64,000 bases of DNA from Raillietiella orientalis (taxonomy: Eukaryota), in the NCBI GenBank assembly GCA_036172245.1, contig JAYWIR010000001.1:11222001-11286000 (forward strand). The letters are read 5' to 3'. A program made the position numbers and the translations under genes. Numbering within the stretch: the stretch's first letter is position 1; every line of letters begins with the position of its first letter. This document shows positions 37,404-51,782 of this stretch, one piece after another. The notes beneath the pieces were generated by a model, which had not been told where the DNA came from, did not search any database, and saw only the letters and a program-made list of their open reading frames with translations.

Positions 37404-40050
37404 ATATCATCGCACTCCCAGCAGCACTTGGATGTTTACTTGAGCGTCGTCAATTTATTTGCTGGTTATTCATTCGGAGAGTTTTATCAACGGCATGAAC
37501 CAAAACCTCCTCCAAGAATTTTACTTCTGCGTCGCACTGGTTGAGCAAATGAAGCAACTCTAGCCCAATGCAAAGGTCGGAGGTACATTAATCATCACCA
37601 TTATGAGCATTAAGAAAAACTCGAGGATGGTGAACTTGAACAGGAAAATTAATACATTGCAAAAGTCACCTTAACCAGTGTGCGTGCTGTGTGCAAAAGA
37701 AATATCCATGTGATTTCCACGACCATCCATCCTTTCCTGGATAACGAAACTGTCTCCAGCATACAAAAAAAAATGCTCCAATGCCTTGAAACAACAACGA
37801 TGCATCTAACGAGACGTTATAAAAACACATATACACACGTACAAAAAGGAAAACAAACTAGTTACTATTAAGAACAAAAAAAATACAAAAAATAGGGACT
37901 GCTGATTTTAGAAAAAATATTTGAAACGTTGACATCTTCCATTCTTTCTTTTTTTAATGGAGATTCTTAAGCATTTAGGATTTTTTTGTTTATGTGATTT
38001 GCCTTTATGGTGATTGCTTTCTTTCTCTCCGAATTTCGAAATGTGTATCACAAAATTAATTTAAAGCTGCTGACTCGGCTCTCCAAAGTGCTCCACAAAA
38101 ACAAATCTCGGGACCGTGCATCTGCAAGAGCAAAGTGCTGCCATCTCTCATGGACCTCGGGAACAAGCGAACTGCCTGTTGACAGCTCCGTCGTGAACAC
38201 ACCAAAGAAAACCTTTGAATGATTTCGATCTGAAATGACTTCGATCTACTGCTAATCGTAAAACTCACTGAACTCGCTCCTGCTCACAGTGCCCATCCTA
38301 GACACTTAAGCATTCTTTCTTTCACCATGGTCTTCGACTGAAACCTATCAAAATAAAAGAAAAAAAAAAAAAGCCCTTCCGCGAATCTTGATCGACTGCC
38401 TCTGCATTTTCGATTTCTCGGTGGCAGTTTCAGTTTCCATTTTTCGGCATGCCGAGCAAATTCTAAAACCCTGCAGCGCGCTCAATTCCGCGTTTGCCAT
38501 CGTGACACCTATCTAAGTGTTTTTTTTTTTTTTTTCCCGCCGCAGTCATCGTGTTTCCATAGTTTTGCTCTTTACGAGCCCTGATGGACAGCCTCGGTAC
38601 AATTGCGTTACCATTAATTTGGCCTTGTTGTGTAACTGTGTACAAGATTATGCTAATGGACTGTTCATTTGTGTGTACGAAACGAATTCTCTAAAGCTGA
38701 AAGCAAAAAGTGAAATTTCGAAAATTTTTGAATATTCAAGCCAAGGACGTCGGCAATTCAGCTGTTTGTGGTCCGTGCAAAAGAGATTACGGTCGAACCC
38801 CCTGATAAGTTCGTATTAAATTACCAATGGCAACATCACAACAGCCCTCGGTTTTCCGCAATACATTGGAAATCTTTCTTAAAATGAACTCAGATTTGAG
38901 ACAAATTTCGTTTTAAAGACCTTTTTCCACGTAAATGTTTGGGAAGTTCGATTCATCCTTGTTTTGTTTTTGTTTTGTTTTGCTTCGCTTTGCCATCTCT
39001 GGAGGGAGTGGGTTTTATTTATTCAGATTTACAAATTGCTATCGTGGTGGGTAGCCACTTGTTGAGCATTCCATCTTCCGTCTCGTGTGATACAAAACCG
39101 GGGCAAAACCGTTTGCACTGGCACTCGGACGAACATTTGTTCAGCAGAAATCATCGGCAGCAATCTTTCTTGCAGTTTCCACGTAGAAACCGCTCCTCAT
39201 AATTATTCCGCAGTGCGCTCCAGAGGAAGAGGAATACGTGTTCTTATTTCTTAGAGCTCATCGTCGCTTCCAGCCTGTCGAAACAGCATCGGCATTCATT
39301 CCGTCATGAGGCCGGGAAATTCTTACCAAACTTGCAGTTTACTTTCAGGGTTTTCGGAAAAATAACTTTCAAAAAAAAAAACATTCATCGCGAACAGTTG
39401 ACAACGAAGAACAGCAATTCTTTCAAAGTCCTGAAGCTCGGTTAAAATATGTACTCGTGAAAGCAAAGCTAAGAAGAAGAAGGAAAAAAAATGGCACATG
39501 TCGATTACTTTTCCTTAATATACTTGGTTGACACTAAATTTATTTCAATATGTCGCCGTCCTTGATGCACGCATTTCTTTTCTGGTGGCAAGGCAAAAAA
39601 AATTTTTTTTGCGGTAAATAAGAGAAAAACATCAACGACACGGAATAAACTGTACCGAATGAATGAATATCCAACGACTCGGGTAAATCAAAAGCGTTAC
39701 GGAAATGTTAAAAACCAGATAAGAGAGTCAGCTATTATCAGGAAAACCATTCTACTCTCTCGACGACGAAACTGATTGATGATTTGAGATAGGTGTGTGT
39801 TTGACGTCACAGACGTCGACATCTATTTGCTGGATTGTGTACATAAGTCTCTTGTTGCTCTTGATTCAAGAATGGGATTCGGAAATTTGGAGGATGAAAA
39901 ATTTTTTCTTGCACTCCTATCGCACGCTGTTTTTTTTTTTTGTTTTTTTTTTGTTGTTGTTATGTTGTGGGAGGCAGAGCTTTCCTTCCATTTCTGGACA
40001 TTCCAGCTTTCCATGCTGCTTTGTGGATACAAAACTTTCAGGTAATCTCC

Positions 40051-40265
40051 GATCGGCGCGGACTCTTGCGGCCTCCGCGCGTAGTACCAAGCGTTGCGGG
40101 TTCGAATCCCCACTTGGGGGATCGACGCCGAGAAGTGGGCGCGTCGTGGGTTTCGAGTCCCCCCCGCAGGATGACGCTGGTTGGCCCATAGGCTTCGGGT
40201 GCAGCGGCTCTGGTGGAAACCCGAAACCAGACTCCCCCGTTGACCGGCCGAGATTGGAAGCTGAC
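40051..40265 (+). mobile_element. tRNA-derived SINE-like element, copy 2
   Basis: GC-rich island in AT-richer DNA; Pol III B-box GGGTTCGAATCCC (about 40098-40110) and a second GGGTTTCGAGTCCC; homologous to 19752-19962. No complete cloverleaf. Confidence 0.65.
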
Positions 40266-43200
40266 CCGTGTATCTTCGCACCGAACATCAAGCATTGGCA
40301 CTCTACTTTTACAGCTGCTTTTAAAATGCCACGCATATTAAGGCTGCGTTGCATTTCGGCTGTGGACTGAATTTAGGGGTAGGGACGGGTTGGCTGGTTC
40401 TGGAATCCGAAGGGAGGAGGAAAATTTTCCATCTCATGCTGAGTAGTAACATCTCTGGTAGATGGGCTAGGGATTCCATGGTTGGCTATCTATGTGATTA
40501 CTGAGTTTTAAATGATTAGTTACTCAAAAAAGGCACGAGTTAGAAGGTGAGCTGGGAACTGTCGTAAAAAGTTAGCGAAAAGGCAAATGCAAGAGCTGCT
40601 ACTAACTAATGCTCTCTGTGCAATCAGATGCTAAGCTTGGCGCATATGCTCGTGTCATATACGAGTTTTACATGAGTGCAGGAATTCTCCCTTGGGTCGC
40701 AAAGAAAATCTTTCTGCTACACTCGAGCTTGATCATTTTCTCTGTAGATAAAATGAACTCAAACAAGTGCCGAGTATCAGCTGAATAATTTGAAGTACAC
40801 GGCGACCATCCTCGGGTGTTCAAGTTTTTAACTGCTGTTTGCTAGAGAGCTCTCTTTCCAAATTCGAGCTTCACTCACTAATTACTAAATTCACTGCTCA
40901 TCGCTTTCCTGTTGGTTTCTGTGTTTAATGGTGCACGCACACTTTCAAAGGCTTTAAATCACAGCCATCGTTGATCCTCGTGAAGCAAGCACCGTGCAAA
41001 GAGAGAAGAATTCCAACGAAAGTCTGGATTCGTTACACAGTCAGAAGAAGCCAAAGACATCGCCCCCGAAAGGTTGGAATCCTCGGTTTTCGGAGGCATT
41101 TCGACTGTCAGCTCTCACGCAAAACGAGTAAACCACAGCGTGTCCTAACGTCATCACTCGGGGAGATGCTCAGTTGCCACTGCTGGCTATTCAAGAAATG
41201 ATTTTCCATGTCATCATGCAAAAGTCTGTGCCGAGCGGTACTGACATTCTCGCTTTCGTGCTTTCACGCGCAAATTTCTTCAGCCGACTCTACGAATTTT
41301 ACGAATTCGTACTTTGAAAAAAAAAAAAAAAAAAAAAAAAAAACCTCATGAAACGAACTTGACCGTTTCTCACTCTTCGATATTGTGAAATCGATAAGGT
41401 GAAGGGAATCTGCCAAGGGGGACTTCCGTATTTTTTCTGAGGATGACTGTCTCAAACACAAGGGGTCCTCGTGATGCTGTCTACGTTGCTCAAAAGGATA
41501 GAAGTTTCGGACGTAGAATTTTCCTGTTCTCTACGCAGATGATTTCTCAATTACACCTTGCTTGTGAATATCAATTTGCATGCTGTGCCCTACTTTCGCT
41601 TTTGCGTCTTTTGTTCCTCAGACATTCTCTTTGGAATCCACAGTCGTGTGTTCCTCTTGGGACTTTCCTTTCTCTTCCTCCTCCTCCTCATCCCCCCCCC
41701 CTTTTTTTTATCATCATCATTATTATTTTGGGAATCCGATTCTTTAATCCGGCACGGAGAAGATTTCTCTGTGCTGCTTGGTTTCTCTGGTGCGAGGCTG
41801 GTTGTGCCCTCGACAACGTCCACTTTTGACGTGCACGCTGCAGCCCAAGTCAAACGTCGGTTAGCCGTAGCTCCCGGATCCCGGGACTTCGGTTTGGACG
41901 GCAAGGCACCCCGAACAGAGCTACTCCGCATCACGGAAGCAACGGAAAGAGTCGGGAGCCCGCACAGGCAAAGATGGCGCCGTCGTCCGTAAATCGAACG
42001 TAAAATCCAGAATAAGTGGGGCTGTTCTTTTAGCCGAGTAGCATGCCTACCTAATAATTCGATAATTCGCCTTGCGCACGCGGTACTTGCTTATTAGCCG
42101 GCACACGTCAACAACCTGAAAGAACCTGCGCACCTTCGCGCGCAGTTTTCTTGTCCGAGAGCAAACTGCTTCCCGTTCCAGGGAGCAGTAAACTAATAAT
42201 CGACGATTTGCATCGAGGGAAAACCCACTATGGTGAACTGTACTCGCTATTAATTGTTACTGCTACGTGCGTAGTCTACTAGTTTTCGTACTAGTTTTCT
42301 TGAAAAAGCAAGCGTGAAATTGGGCACAGATCGGGAGAAATTTCACCAAGGATTACGACATTAATTTTCGAACGTATTCTTTACGGGAGCATCAGCTCTT
42401 TCTTCTTTTTCCTTCTGTATGCAGCAGCAAAGGGTGATCCTCAATGGATCTTTCAGAAAACAGCATCGTTATCCTATTCGAGATCAAAAGTGTGAGTGAT
42501 GATGAGAGCAGAGGGCGACGATGGAGGATAGTGGGTCCACGAAAGCTGTGCTGGCAGTCTTTCGATTTCGTACATTTCTTTCGTACACGACAATTTCACG
42601 AAGACTGCTTTTCTGACTCAAGGAATTCGCAACGCGAGCAGCAAGTCCCAAGGTGAGAAATGGAAGGTTGATGTAATGAGATTCTCATCTCCCCACGCAG
42701 AATGTCTGTTTCACGAAGGGAAAGATTGAGTCTCACTATTGCAAGGAGAAACATGCCTGCTGGATGCAGCTGAGTTCCAAAAGAGGAAAATAAAAATAAA
42801 AAATGGGACGCTCAAGGCACTTCATCAGAAAAGAAGCTCTGCATATCATGTGTATTCCAAAAAAGGATCTACACGATATACAGTCGACTGAATCCAATTA
42901 TTAGGAAAATTAAAAAAGAAAACGCCTCTGAGAGTCAACTTTATTATGGAAAAGAGCACTTTCCGGGAGACGTTTGGGATCAAGAAAACAACTTTTAGAC
43001 CTAAAGATACGATTGCTTCGCAAGTTATCATGGTTTCAATAATCTGAGAGCAATCAGAATCTCTAGGAGTTGAGAAAATTGAAAATCGTATTCTGATCGC
43101 CATAAACTGCAGTTGTTACTCAAACGTTGTGCTTGACGGACGGCTCCATTACTTTATTTAGGTAACCGGCGAAACACTTGTTGCATATCGAAATACCTGA

Positions 43201-46200
43201 GTGTTTTCGACTTTTGCTTGCTTAACACTAAGATTTTTTGTGGTGTCGCATGGTTGCCTCTAGAGCACAATTGGTGTGATGCATCATCGTTGCGTCATCT
43301 CGGAGAGGATTCGTGCCGTTCTGGTCAGATTCTCGGTCTCAAAAAGAGATAATAAGCCCCATGAAGAGTCCATGAGTGTTCGAGAAAATGGGATAAAATC
43401 AACAGACCTCCAGCTCAGCTGGCAGAACAGAGAGCGCCAGAGTGCTCTTGGGGAACTGGTAAGAGATCGGCAACTCTTAGCTTGGCTGAAAGCCTGTTGC
43501 CGCTTTGACTGGTGGGTGAAAACGGAGCGCTGTAAGTGAAAAATTGTGTGTTTCTCATCTCCACGTATGGCCACGAGGAGGAAAGATTGGAAACAGGTAG
43601 AAGTGCCAAGGAAGCTTGGAGAAAGGCATCGTTGGATTATCGTCAGTCTTAAAGAACCTCAGTTCGCTGATTAGGCACTAGCACACGCTGCCACGGACGC
43701 CCGGAGAAGCGTGTACCCGCTTTCGGAAACGGGACACAAAGAGTCTTAGTTGAAAGAATTATAGCCAGATGAAAACTGTTAATTTCATCATTCAGTTCCG
43801 TTTTTCTGAGCCCGATGCCCTTTAACGGTACTGCTGCTCCCATTCTTCTTTAGATGTTACATATTTTTCGATTTCCTCCCTGTCCTTCCATGTCTAGAGA
43901 CGGCAGAAAACATTCATTTCGCATCAGAGAGTTAATAATGTCTTATTATTCCACTGTACGTTGGGAATGAAAGGCAAGGAATGCGAACGGTGAGGAAAAA
44001 ATTCAAAAATCCAGCTGACCGCAATAAAATTGACTTTGCAGAACGAAAACCACGAGCAAAGCCAAGCTCTGCCATTTCTTCAGGGAAAAGCGTCATGTTT
44101 CCGAGATTCCATCCTGAAAGTGCAACCCGCCGAAGAGTCACAGGACGTATGAATTCAGAGAATTCCGTTGTACTTTCTTCTGCACGGTGGATTCCGGAAA
44201 ATAAGAAGATGAGGCAATTAAGTCGAAGAGAGGGAAGGGGACTTGAGTTTCGTATCCGAAGTTGCACGAATCGGTGCAAGTTCGTGTACGAAAGTTCGAG
44301 CTGCTCCGCATTGCGGTGAAGGCTACTTTTGTTTAAAAAAATTTCTGCTCTCCTTGATGACGTTTCTTTTCTTGCTTCGATGTAAAGACAGGACGCTTTG
44401 CGATGACTGGCACGAATCTATCGGAACTCCCGAATATCTCTGATGTTGTCCAAGCAAGAAAAAAAAAACATTTGGCCCTCGGTGGTGGTTCAGCGTGATT
44501 CCGTTTTCTGAACAGTTTCAGATCGTATCACTCTGTTCCCAAAGTTCATGGTGTCATCTCTCACAATGGTGAAAATTTCGGAAATGCCGTCCTGAAATTG
44601 AAAATTTCCTTCCTCGTTGTATTCTTAGAAGGGGCAGATTGCATCTCCGACCCGAACCTGGTTCAGGGAGATTCCAGACCGATTCCCGTGCTGTGATTGA
44701 CTCGAAGAACTCGGTACAGGGTCGAATCTTTCGCGTATTACAGTGCAAAACAAGAAACCATTGCAAGACAAGGAGTCTCTTCCTAAGAAAACCACGGATT
44801 GATTCTCCTGAATTAGTATTTGCGTTTGTTCGCTCAGCGGCCTGAAACGTTCTGCGAGGACTGCTGCTGTGTGTGCATCGTCATACTGCTAAATGCTTTG
44901 AGCACCTCAAGAGATGCCAATGACTTCCCGAGCGATGAGGTTCAGATCAGTGCACAGCATTCTTTTTGCGTGCGAACATTTAGAACTCGCGACCATCGAA
45001 AAGATTTCACAACATTTTTGCGAGGTCATCTTGCTCCCAGTCAACATTACGAAAGCAAATCCACAATACTGGAAGTATTCCATAATTGCGGTTGCAGCGC
45101 TCCTTCCTCACTCGCGTTCGTCGCGTACTCTGAGACGCTATGCATAAGCTGTGTCCAACTGGAAAGACGGAAGGAAAGGGAACGCCGCCAACGTAGAAAT
45201 CTCATTCAGCCCGAGCTTTTCTTCCTGGGACTTCGTGACGAGGACGGTTTCAAACTCACGAGACGTCGGGAAACCACTGAATGCTGTGATGTGCGTTTAG
45301 CCATTCCTTCCTCTTTCACGCCCATCGCCGATTAGATGGAACATGTCCAAATAATCAAAATGATCCTTGAGAAAAGTGGCACTCAAAATAAATTGCAAAA
45401 ATGTTTTCTTTCACGTTGTTGCATCGATGAAATCTTTGTGAATGCAGACAGATGCATTTGTTCACACCTCCCGATGTGAAGGAATGCGTATGCTCTTTTT
45501 TTTTTGTTGTTGTTGCTGTTCCTACGAGGAAAGATTCCTAGGTGTAGATGATATGGTGGTTCTGGATTAAAAATCACCGGTTTCCTTGCTCTAAATAAAG
45601 ATGGACCATCAAGTCATAAAGACGAAAGTACTCTGCTCTCTGATCTTTAATGAATGCTGCATGCCAAGCATTACGACGAATGTTATTGATTCAACACGGT
45701 TTTCATGCAAAATTTAGTGAGGGCACTGCTCTGATCTCCACTTGAGACGTTAGGAATTTCTGATTCATTCTGCAAGCATCAGGTTCTCCGAAATGGCATT
45801 CTGCAGAATTATCCTGTACTGAGAGGTGTGTCTGGTGCCTGTTTTCTTTGGGACCCAAGCTAAACTGTGATCCTCATGATATGCAACCCATAAATTCCCT
45901 GTTCTCCAGCTCTGCCGCATCCGGGGATCGCTCGTACTGTAAAATTTGTCGTGCCGCCCCGAAATGATTGGCTTTTTTGATCTGAGGGAAGAGCAATTAT
46001 TGTAGAAAAAAATAAATAAAACAAAAAATTGGCTCCCATTTAAGATCGGTGTTTCTGAACACGAACACGAAAAAATTTCCATGGACCCGCTCGGAAAAGC
46101 CTGTGTTGGCAGAGAGTTTGTTGTAATGTGTGGTTAGAAAATTTTCCCGACTGGGAAATCTCACTCTTTTCGTACTCAGAGCAGTTTTACACGAAAGGGT

Positions 46201-49200
46201 TACATGAACACGAATTATGGGATGCATTTCCGTTGATTGCAGAATGTAGAGCTGCAATAATTTTCTTGGTTTCAAGGGATGCTGTTTTCTGTTTGCCGTG
46301 ATGTATCCTGGTGTGAAAATAAAGTAGCTGTAGAATGTTTTCAATTTTTTTTTTTTTTTTTTTTTTTTAACCACCGATTCTTAACATCCTGTAAGAACTG
46401 CTCACTATTTATTGAGTCTCATAGAAGTTTCCTCGAGAAAGACGAAGACTTTTCAAGTTCAGAAATGAAGAAACGGGAAACGGGTGTCATTCGACAAGTA
46501 ACTGATGTAATTCAGAATACACTTTAATGGATCTGTTGCTTCCAGTGTGCGTGAGAAGGAATGTCAGAAGATATCCTCGTCGACGCTGAAAGAACGAAAA
46601 GTGGACCGCTTCCTGCCTGCAATTCAAGAGTGAATACGGCGAACAGAACGAGCTTTGGCTTTTTTTTTAAAGCTCCGTGCTCCATCAGACGCTATCTAAA
46701 ATTCTAATATTTTTTCGGTAGTACTGTGATTGCTTCTTGGAATCTGACTCTCTGCATCTGTGTCCGAAACCGGAAGACGTGTTCCTTTTTTGCTGTATTG
46801 CTGTATCTGTATCTGTTTTTTCCAGTCTCGTTCACTCGAGTGCGTTACAATGCGTCCTCACAAGATGAATCTTTTCCTCCGGTGGGAATTTCCAATGCAG
46901 CTGCTTTGTACCCTGGACATTCTCGGCTCATCTAAATTGTTCAAGGTTCCGCACACGGTACCTCGTTTTCCTTCCGCTGTACTTTCATCGGCTGATTTTC
47001 TTTCATCACCTTTTCCGATGAGCACTCGCCTCGTTTCTTCGGTAGAAGCGCAACTTGGTGCTGCACAGACCATTTTCTACTTGGTGTTGGCTGCCGCCTG
47101 CATATGCTCGGAAGCTCATGAGATTTCTGCTGTGCCAGCGGTTGTTGTTTTTTAATGGTTAGGCAGTCCTTGTGCTAGCAAAAGGGATGTTTTTTGGCCG
47201 GTTCCTCTAGTTGTTCGCTCTGCATGCACTACTGTTACGCATCGTGGTCATCATTTCTGGTCGAGGTCTTTGAATCCTTCTGAATTCCACGATGAGTTCC
47301 CCCTGTTTCCTGGTAACTCCACACGAGCACATTTTTTACATTCTGGATACTCTGCTGCCACACAATGCATCCCTCTCCTTTTTTGTCCTTGCACCCATTC
47401 TTAAAACCATCCCACTCTCTAATTTTCGCAGTTTGTGAACTGAAAACAAGCCGTGTTCCGTATCTTGACTGCGTCCATAAAGACCAACCCAACCAAATAC
47501 TGGAGACGGATCTACCACACGCTCAGCGATTCTTTTCCTTTTGTGTACAATAAATGTAAGGCTAGGTTGGACATGGAGTCTGGTTTCTGAAGAAGCCATC
47601 TCGAATACGAATTTTTACTGCCCTTCGAAAACTCGAGTCTTTTTTTTTTTTTTTTTTTTAACTGCTGCAATACTGGTTAGAAAGAAAACTTTTTTGAATA
47701 AACACAATTAAAATGATAAATAAATGCAAAAAATACTTGGAGGGTTTACGATTTCGATTACTCCCGGCCATTCTGTTGCAGTGCAGAACTTCGTCTCCTT
47801 GGACGATACACGAAGAACACACTAGTTTATCCCTAGGTGCTCCGAATAATAAGGAGTGAAATTTTTGGTTATCGAGATTGATTGAGATCTAGGTCTGTAG
47901 CAGGCAAGCTCAGGAGAATAACCGAAGTGATTCTTAAACAGAAAGCTTGTGTGCAGAATGCCGTAAAAAAAGACAGACAATAAAATAAAAGAAAAGAAAA
48001 GAATGTACACCATTACTGGATTCGTGTGCGCATGTGCTTTCGATCCACTTGGATCCCGTCCCTCATCTTAAGTTGAACTTTTTCACACCTGAGTGCTAAA
48101 GTGATCCGTGACGGATCATCTAGCGAAGAAGAAACGGCTTGTGGCAGAAGCAGAAGCAGGCGACAGAAAAGTTCCCGTTCTCAAAATCCTGGAATGGGAT
48201 GAGGCCGAATTAGCACAAACTTTTCGTTTTCCTTTTCGTCTTTGCTTATTCCCCAAAGTTGCGGAATGCGTTTTTGCAGAACGTTTGCGTTGAACCTTTC
48301 GTCCAAATTTCTCCTTACCCTCCTCTCGTGACCCCCTGCCTTAGGCACCACGGTACAGTGCCTAAAACAAGACTGGTAGCGTTGAGACCTCTCTTGCACT
48401 TTTCAAAATCACTCAAATTTGCACGGCGCCGTCTGTAACAGTGTGTTAAAACGTCTGTCTACGTGTATACCACCCACATGACAGGATTTTCTAGATCTCA
48501 TCGTCCGTTCTCAGATCTCGTGAACGCAGATTTGATCGATTCCATTTTTAGAATGCTTCAAAAATCTCCCCTTTTTTCCCGACTGTGTTCCCCTTCGTAT
48601 TTGTCCAGAAATCCAGTTTAATTCACGTTTGTCTACCTGACTCTTATAGCTTTTTCCAGAGGCTTCACTCTCGGAACTTGTGATCAAGGGATTTTTTTTT
48701 TTTTTTGCTCTGTTCCGATTGCGTACTCGTACAGCGGAGGAACGCAGTGCAGCTGCATTCAGGGAAAAAAAAAAAAATCTCCGGTCGTGCTTTCCCACCG
48801 TAGGGAAGTAGCGTGGTGCTACGATGCGGGCGAAGCGTTTTCTCACAAATGTTCCAAGACAAGAATAATGGAAATGGGTTGCCATTTCATTCATCTTTGT
48901 CGACAAGAGCTGAGGTTATTAAATATTTAGGATAAGTTTATCCTTCACGTGTGGCGTGTACAAGTTATGCCGGAAGACCGAGCTGTCGAGCTTTCACGGC
49001 ACACTATCAGGAATGTAAATTCTCGTACGTCTGTTAAATTCCTTATGCGCAGTACTCGTTTTCCGTCTCAGGAGCAAGCCAGAACTGATGAGATTTCCAT
49101 TTGCATCAATTGACGGGAGACGGCGATCCTTTTTTTTTGTTGTTTTTTTGGAAAAAATATTCTTTCGGAATTCGTTCAGAACACATGGACCGATTTCCCA

Positions 49201-51782
49201 GTAATCGTCGGTTGAAGCTTGAAAATGGAGAGTACGCCGCGTTTGGCGAAAAACCACTCTTGTCTTCTTGAATAGCCACTTCACCTCAGCTGACGACATT
49301 CTTCTTCATTCTTGATTCCATTTGTTTTCCATTTCTTGTTTGGAACTGTCGTACACCAAGTTCACAGAGGAAGCTCTACAGAGACTACAGAAACTCTTTC
49401 CTGGAAGTCTTTGAAGCGCACTATCTTCATGAATTCGGCTGCAGGATATCTTGTTGACACAGGTGGAAGACATGCACTGCATTCGACCTCTATCGATTGC
49501 TGAAGAATCAGTGTGAGAGTGATTTTAGTGCCTACTCTCACTTGTGGCGTATTATGCAAATCGCTGCACGAAATTACTCTGCGCACACGGATTCCTGGAG
49601 TCCAGAAATTTCGGGAATCGAGAAATTCCCGAAATTCGACAATACTAAAACTAAGGGTTGAGGTGGGAAATACCAATGCGCTCTGTCTGTTTTGGGATTT
49701 CAAGTCCAGTTACCTCATTTTGGATCAGGAATAAGAAACATGCTTGAGTTCCCCGCTGTTGTTCTCTGAATGGTTGTACGTTAGCTTGAATGGCCTTTTT
49801 GGTCCCCCAAATAAGAAAGTGTCTAAGGTTTTCTTTCTGGAAACGTTTTCCGTAGTAAAATAGTAATAGGAGGCACATGCAAAGCAAAAAAAACCATCCG
49901 AGGATCTGCAAAAGGAATGATACTGGCAATAATAAAATGGTGTGTTTTCCTTGGATAATCCTTACTTTTTCCTTCCAAGTCCCCAAAGCCGGACCAAGCC
50001 TTTTAAAGCACTCCAACATTATCAACGTTGTTAAGGCATTCGTTCAAAGATCCTATTACTACATCCACATTGCATCGTTGGATGCTGAGAAGCAAGAGTT
50101 TCTGAGAATGAAATGGTTTGTGCCTGGCTCGGTGACGGTCGAGCCAAACACCGCGAAACCTGACAAATAAAAAATGCCTCATTTGATTGCATTCTGAAAT
50201 AGATGAGTTTTCCCTTTATTAGGTGCCGTCACATAGCACACGGAGTGTCGTAAGATGGAATGCTAAATGCACTTGCCAAGCGAACATTGCACGGTGAGCC
50301 TGACCTCTGTCGCTGCTCTCAGCACTCATCCTTTTGGAAGCAAGGACACTTTATCTTTAGTGGGACCTCCGCTGAGCCAGTCCCTCCCGTTTAGCTAGCA
50401 AATGGTGTTTGTATGTGTGCTCCTTTTTTTTTTTTTTTTCTGGAAGGAGGTCCTCGGAGACGAGTAGCTGTAGGAATGCTCTTACTCTGTTGTAATCATT
50501 CTCTGTGTTCTTGCTGCTCGTGACAGAACGTTGCGGTGCTGTGCCGTGATGGTGCCGCAGCTGGGCAAATGTGGGCATAGCTGGTTACCAGTTGCAACTT
50601 GAAGTCCTCTCTGTTCTCGGTTCGAGGACGAGGTTTCAGAGAATTTCCCCCTTTTCGCACTAATTCGGGCTTCCCTGTCACTCAGCTGAACACCGTACTC
50701 TGATTTGTGCTTCACATTTGAACATTTGCTGGCAAAGTAAATCGAATCTGAAGTCATCTAAAGAGAATTTCGTTTGTGAAACCCGCATCCTCTTCCTCTC
50801 TGGAATGCTTTCCGAATCAGGGAAGAAAAAAAAAAACTCTGGAATTTCTAAAATTGTTACTGGATGTGTTCGTTGGTAATAAAATCTTCGACTTTTGCAT
50901 AACTGTACCTCCCCGTGTAATAGGACTCCAGTTCCGACGAGAGTATTCATTGTATAATCGAAAGACGTGGAAGCGAAACCGTGACACTTGGTCAATCACT
51001 AGGTAAAAGAAGAAAGGTCAAGTCTCAAAGAGGGTGAAGATTACTTTCGTGGCGACTTCACCCTCCTTCCTGGAAAACAAAATAAAGCATCACGCACTAG
51101 GATCCTCAGCACGAGAGAAGCACAGATCACTGGCATTCCAGAAGAATGGAAACCAGTCACAGGAGAAGGAGCGCTGCTCAAGGAAACGGATCCGGAAGTC
51201 AAGCCGCGGTGCAAGAGAATCCGCAGGGGGGAAACAGCATGTACACATTCCTTTGGGTTTAAGAGAAAGAAGGGGAAACGTCGATGGCGTAACCATTCCG
51301 TTGGATGGACATGTTCGTGCATTGGCTCGAACACGGCATGACTACGCGGCATACTAAGAGGAAAGGGAAACTGATTGAGTGCTGCCTCGCGTGAAGCACA
51401 TATCACTTCCAAGGATGCGCAGACTACGAGAGCATCCCACGCGAATTGACACGAACACTTGCAGGGGGACTCTGTGGTTAAAGCGAACTCTGCTCGGGAG
51501 GAATTGCTCGCTGGGGCTGGATACAGCGTTCGGAGAAGACGGAATCCTTCGGAGAAGGAATCTGTCTTCAGAGAAAGCGGGTACTGGAGTATGGGACATG
51601 TGTCACTACGTCAAGCTCGCTTCTCTCTCTTTACTTGCCGTGGATTCTCAAGCAGGACGTGCAATGCTACATGGAAATTATCCGGTAAATTCCATTTCAA
51701 TGGAGTCGGAACACTTCTAACGGACCTGGTCGAATGCTACTGAAAACCGGGTGCGAGCCATAATAAAGTCCTAAACATCTGA

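Noticed and set aside
40051..40115. tRNA gene
   Set aside because: B-box present but no acceptor stem, D-arm or anticodon cloverleaf; homology extends about 150 nt further with another copy, so it is treated as SINE-like.
42444..42656. MDLSENSI LRR-like start
   Set aside because: In-frame stop just upstream, no second LRR, and no connection to the LRRC23 exon chain.
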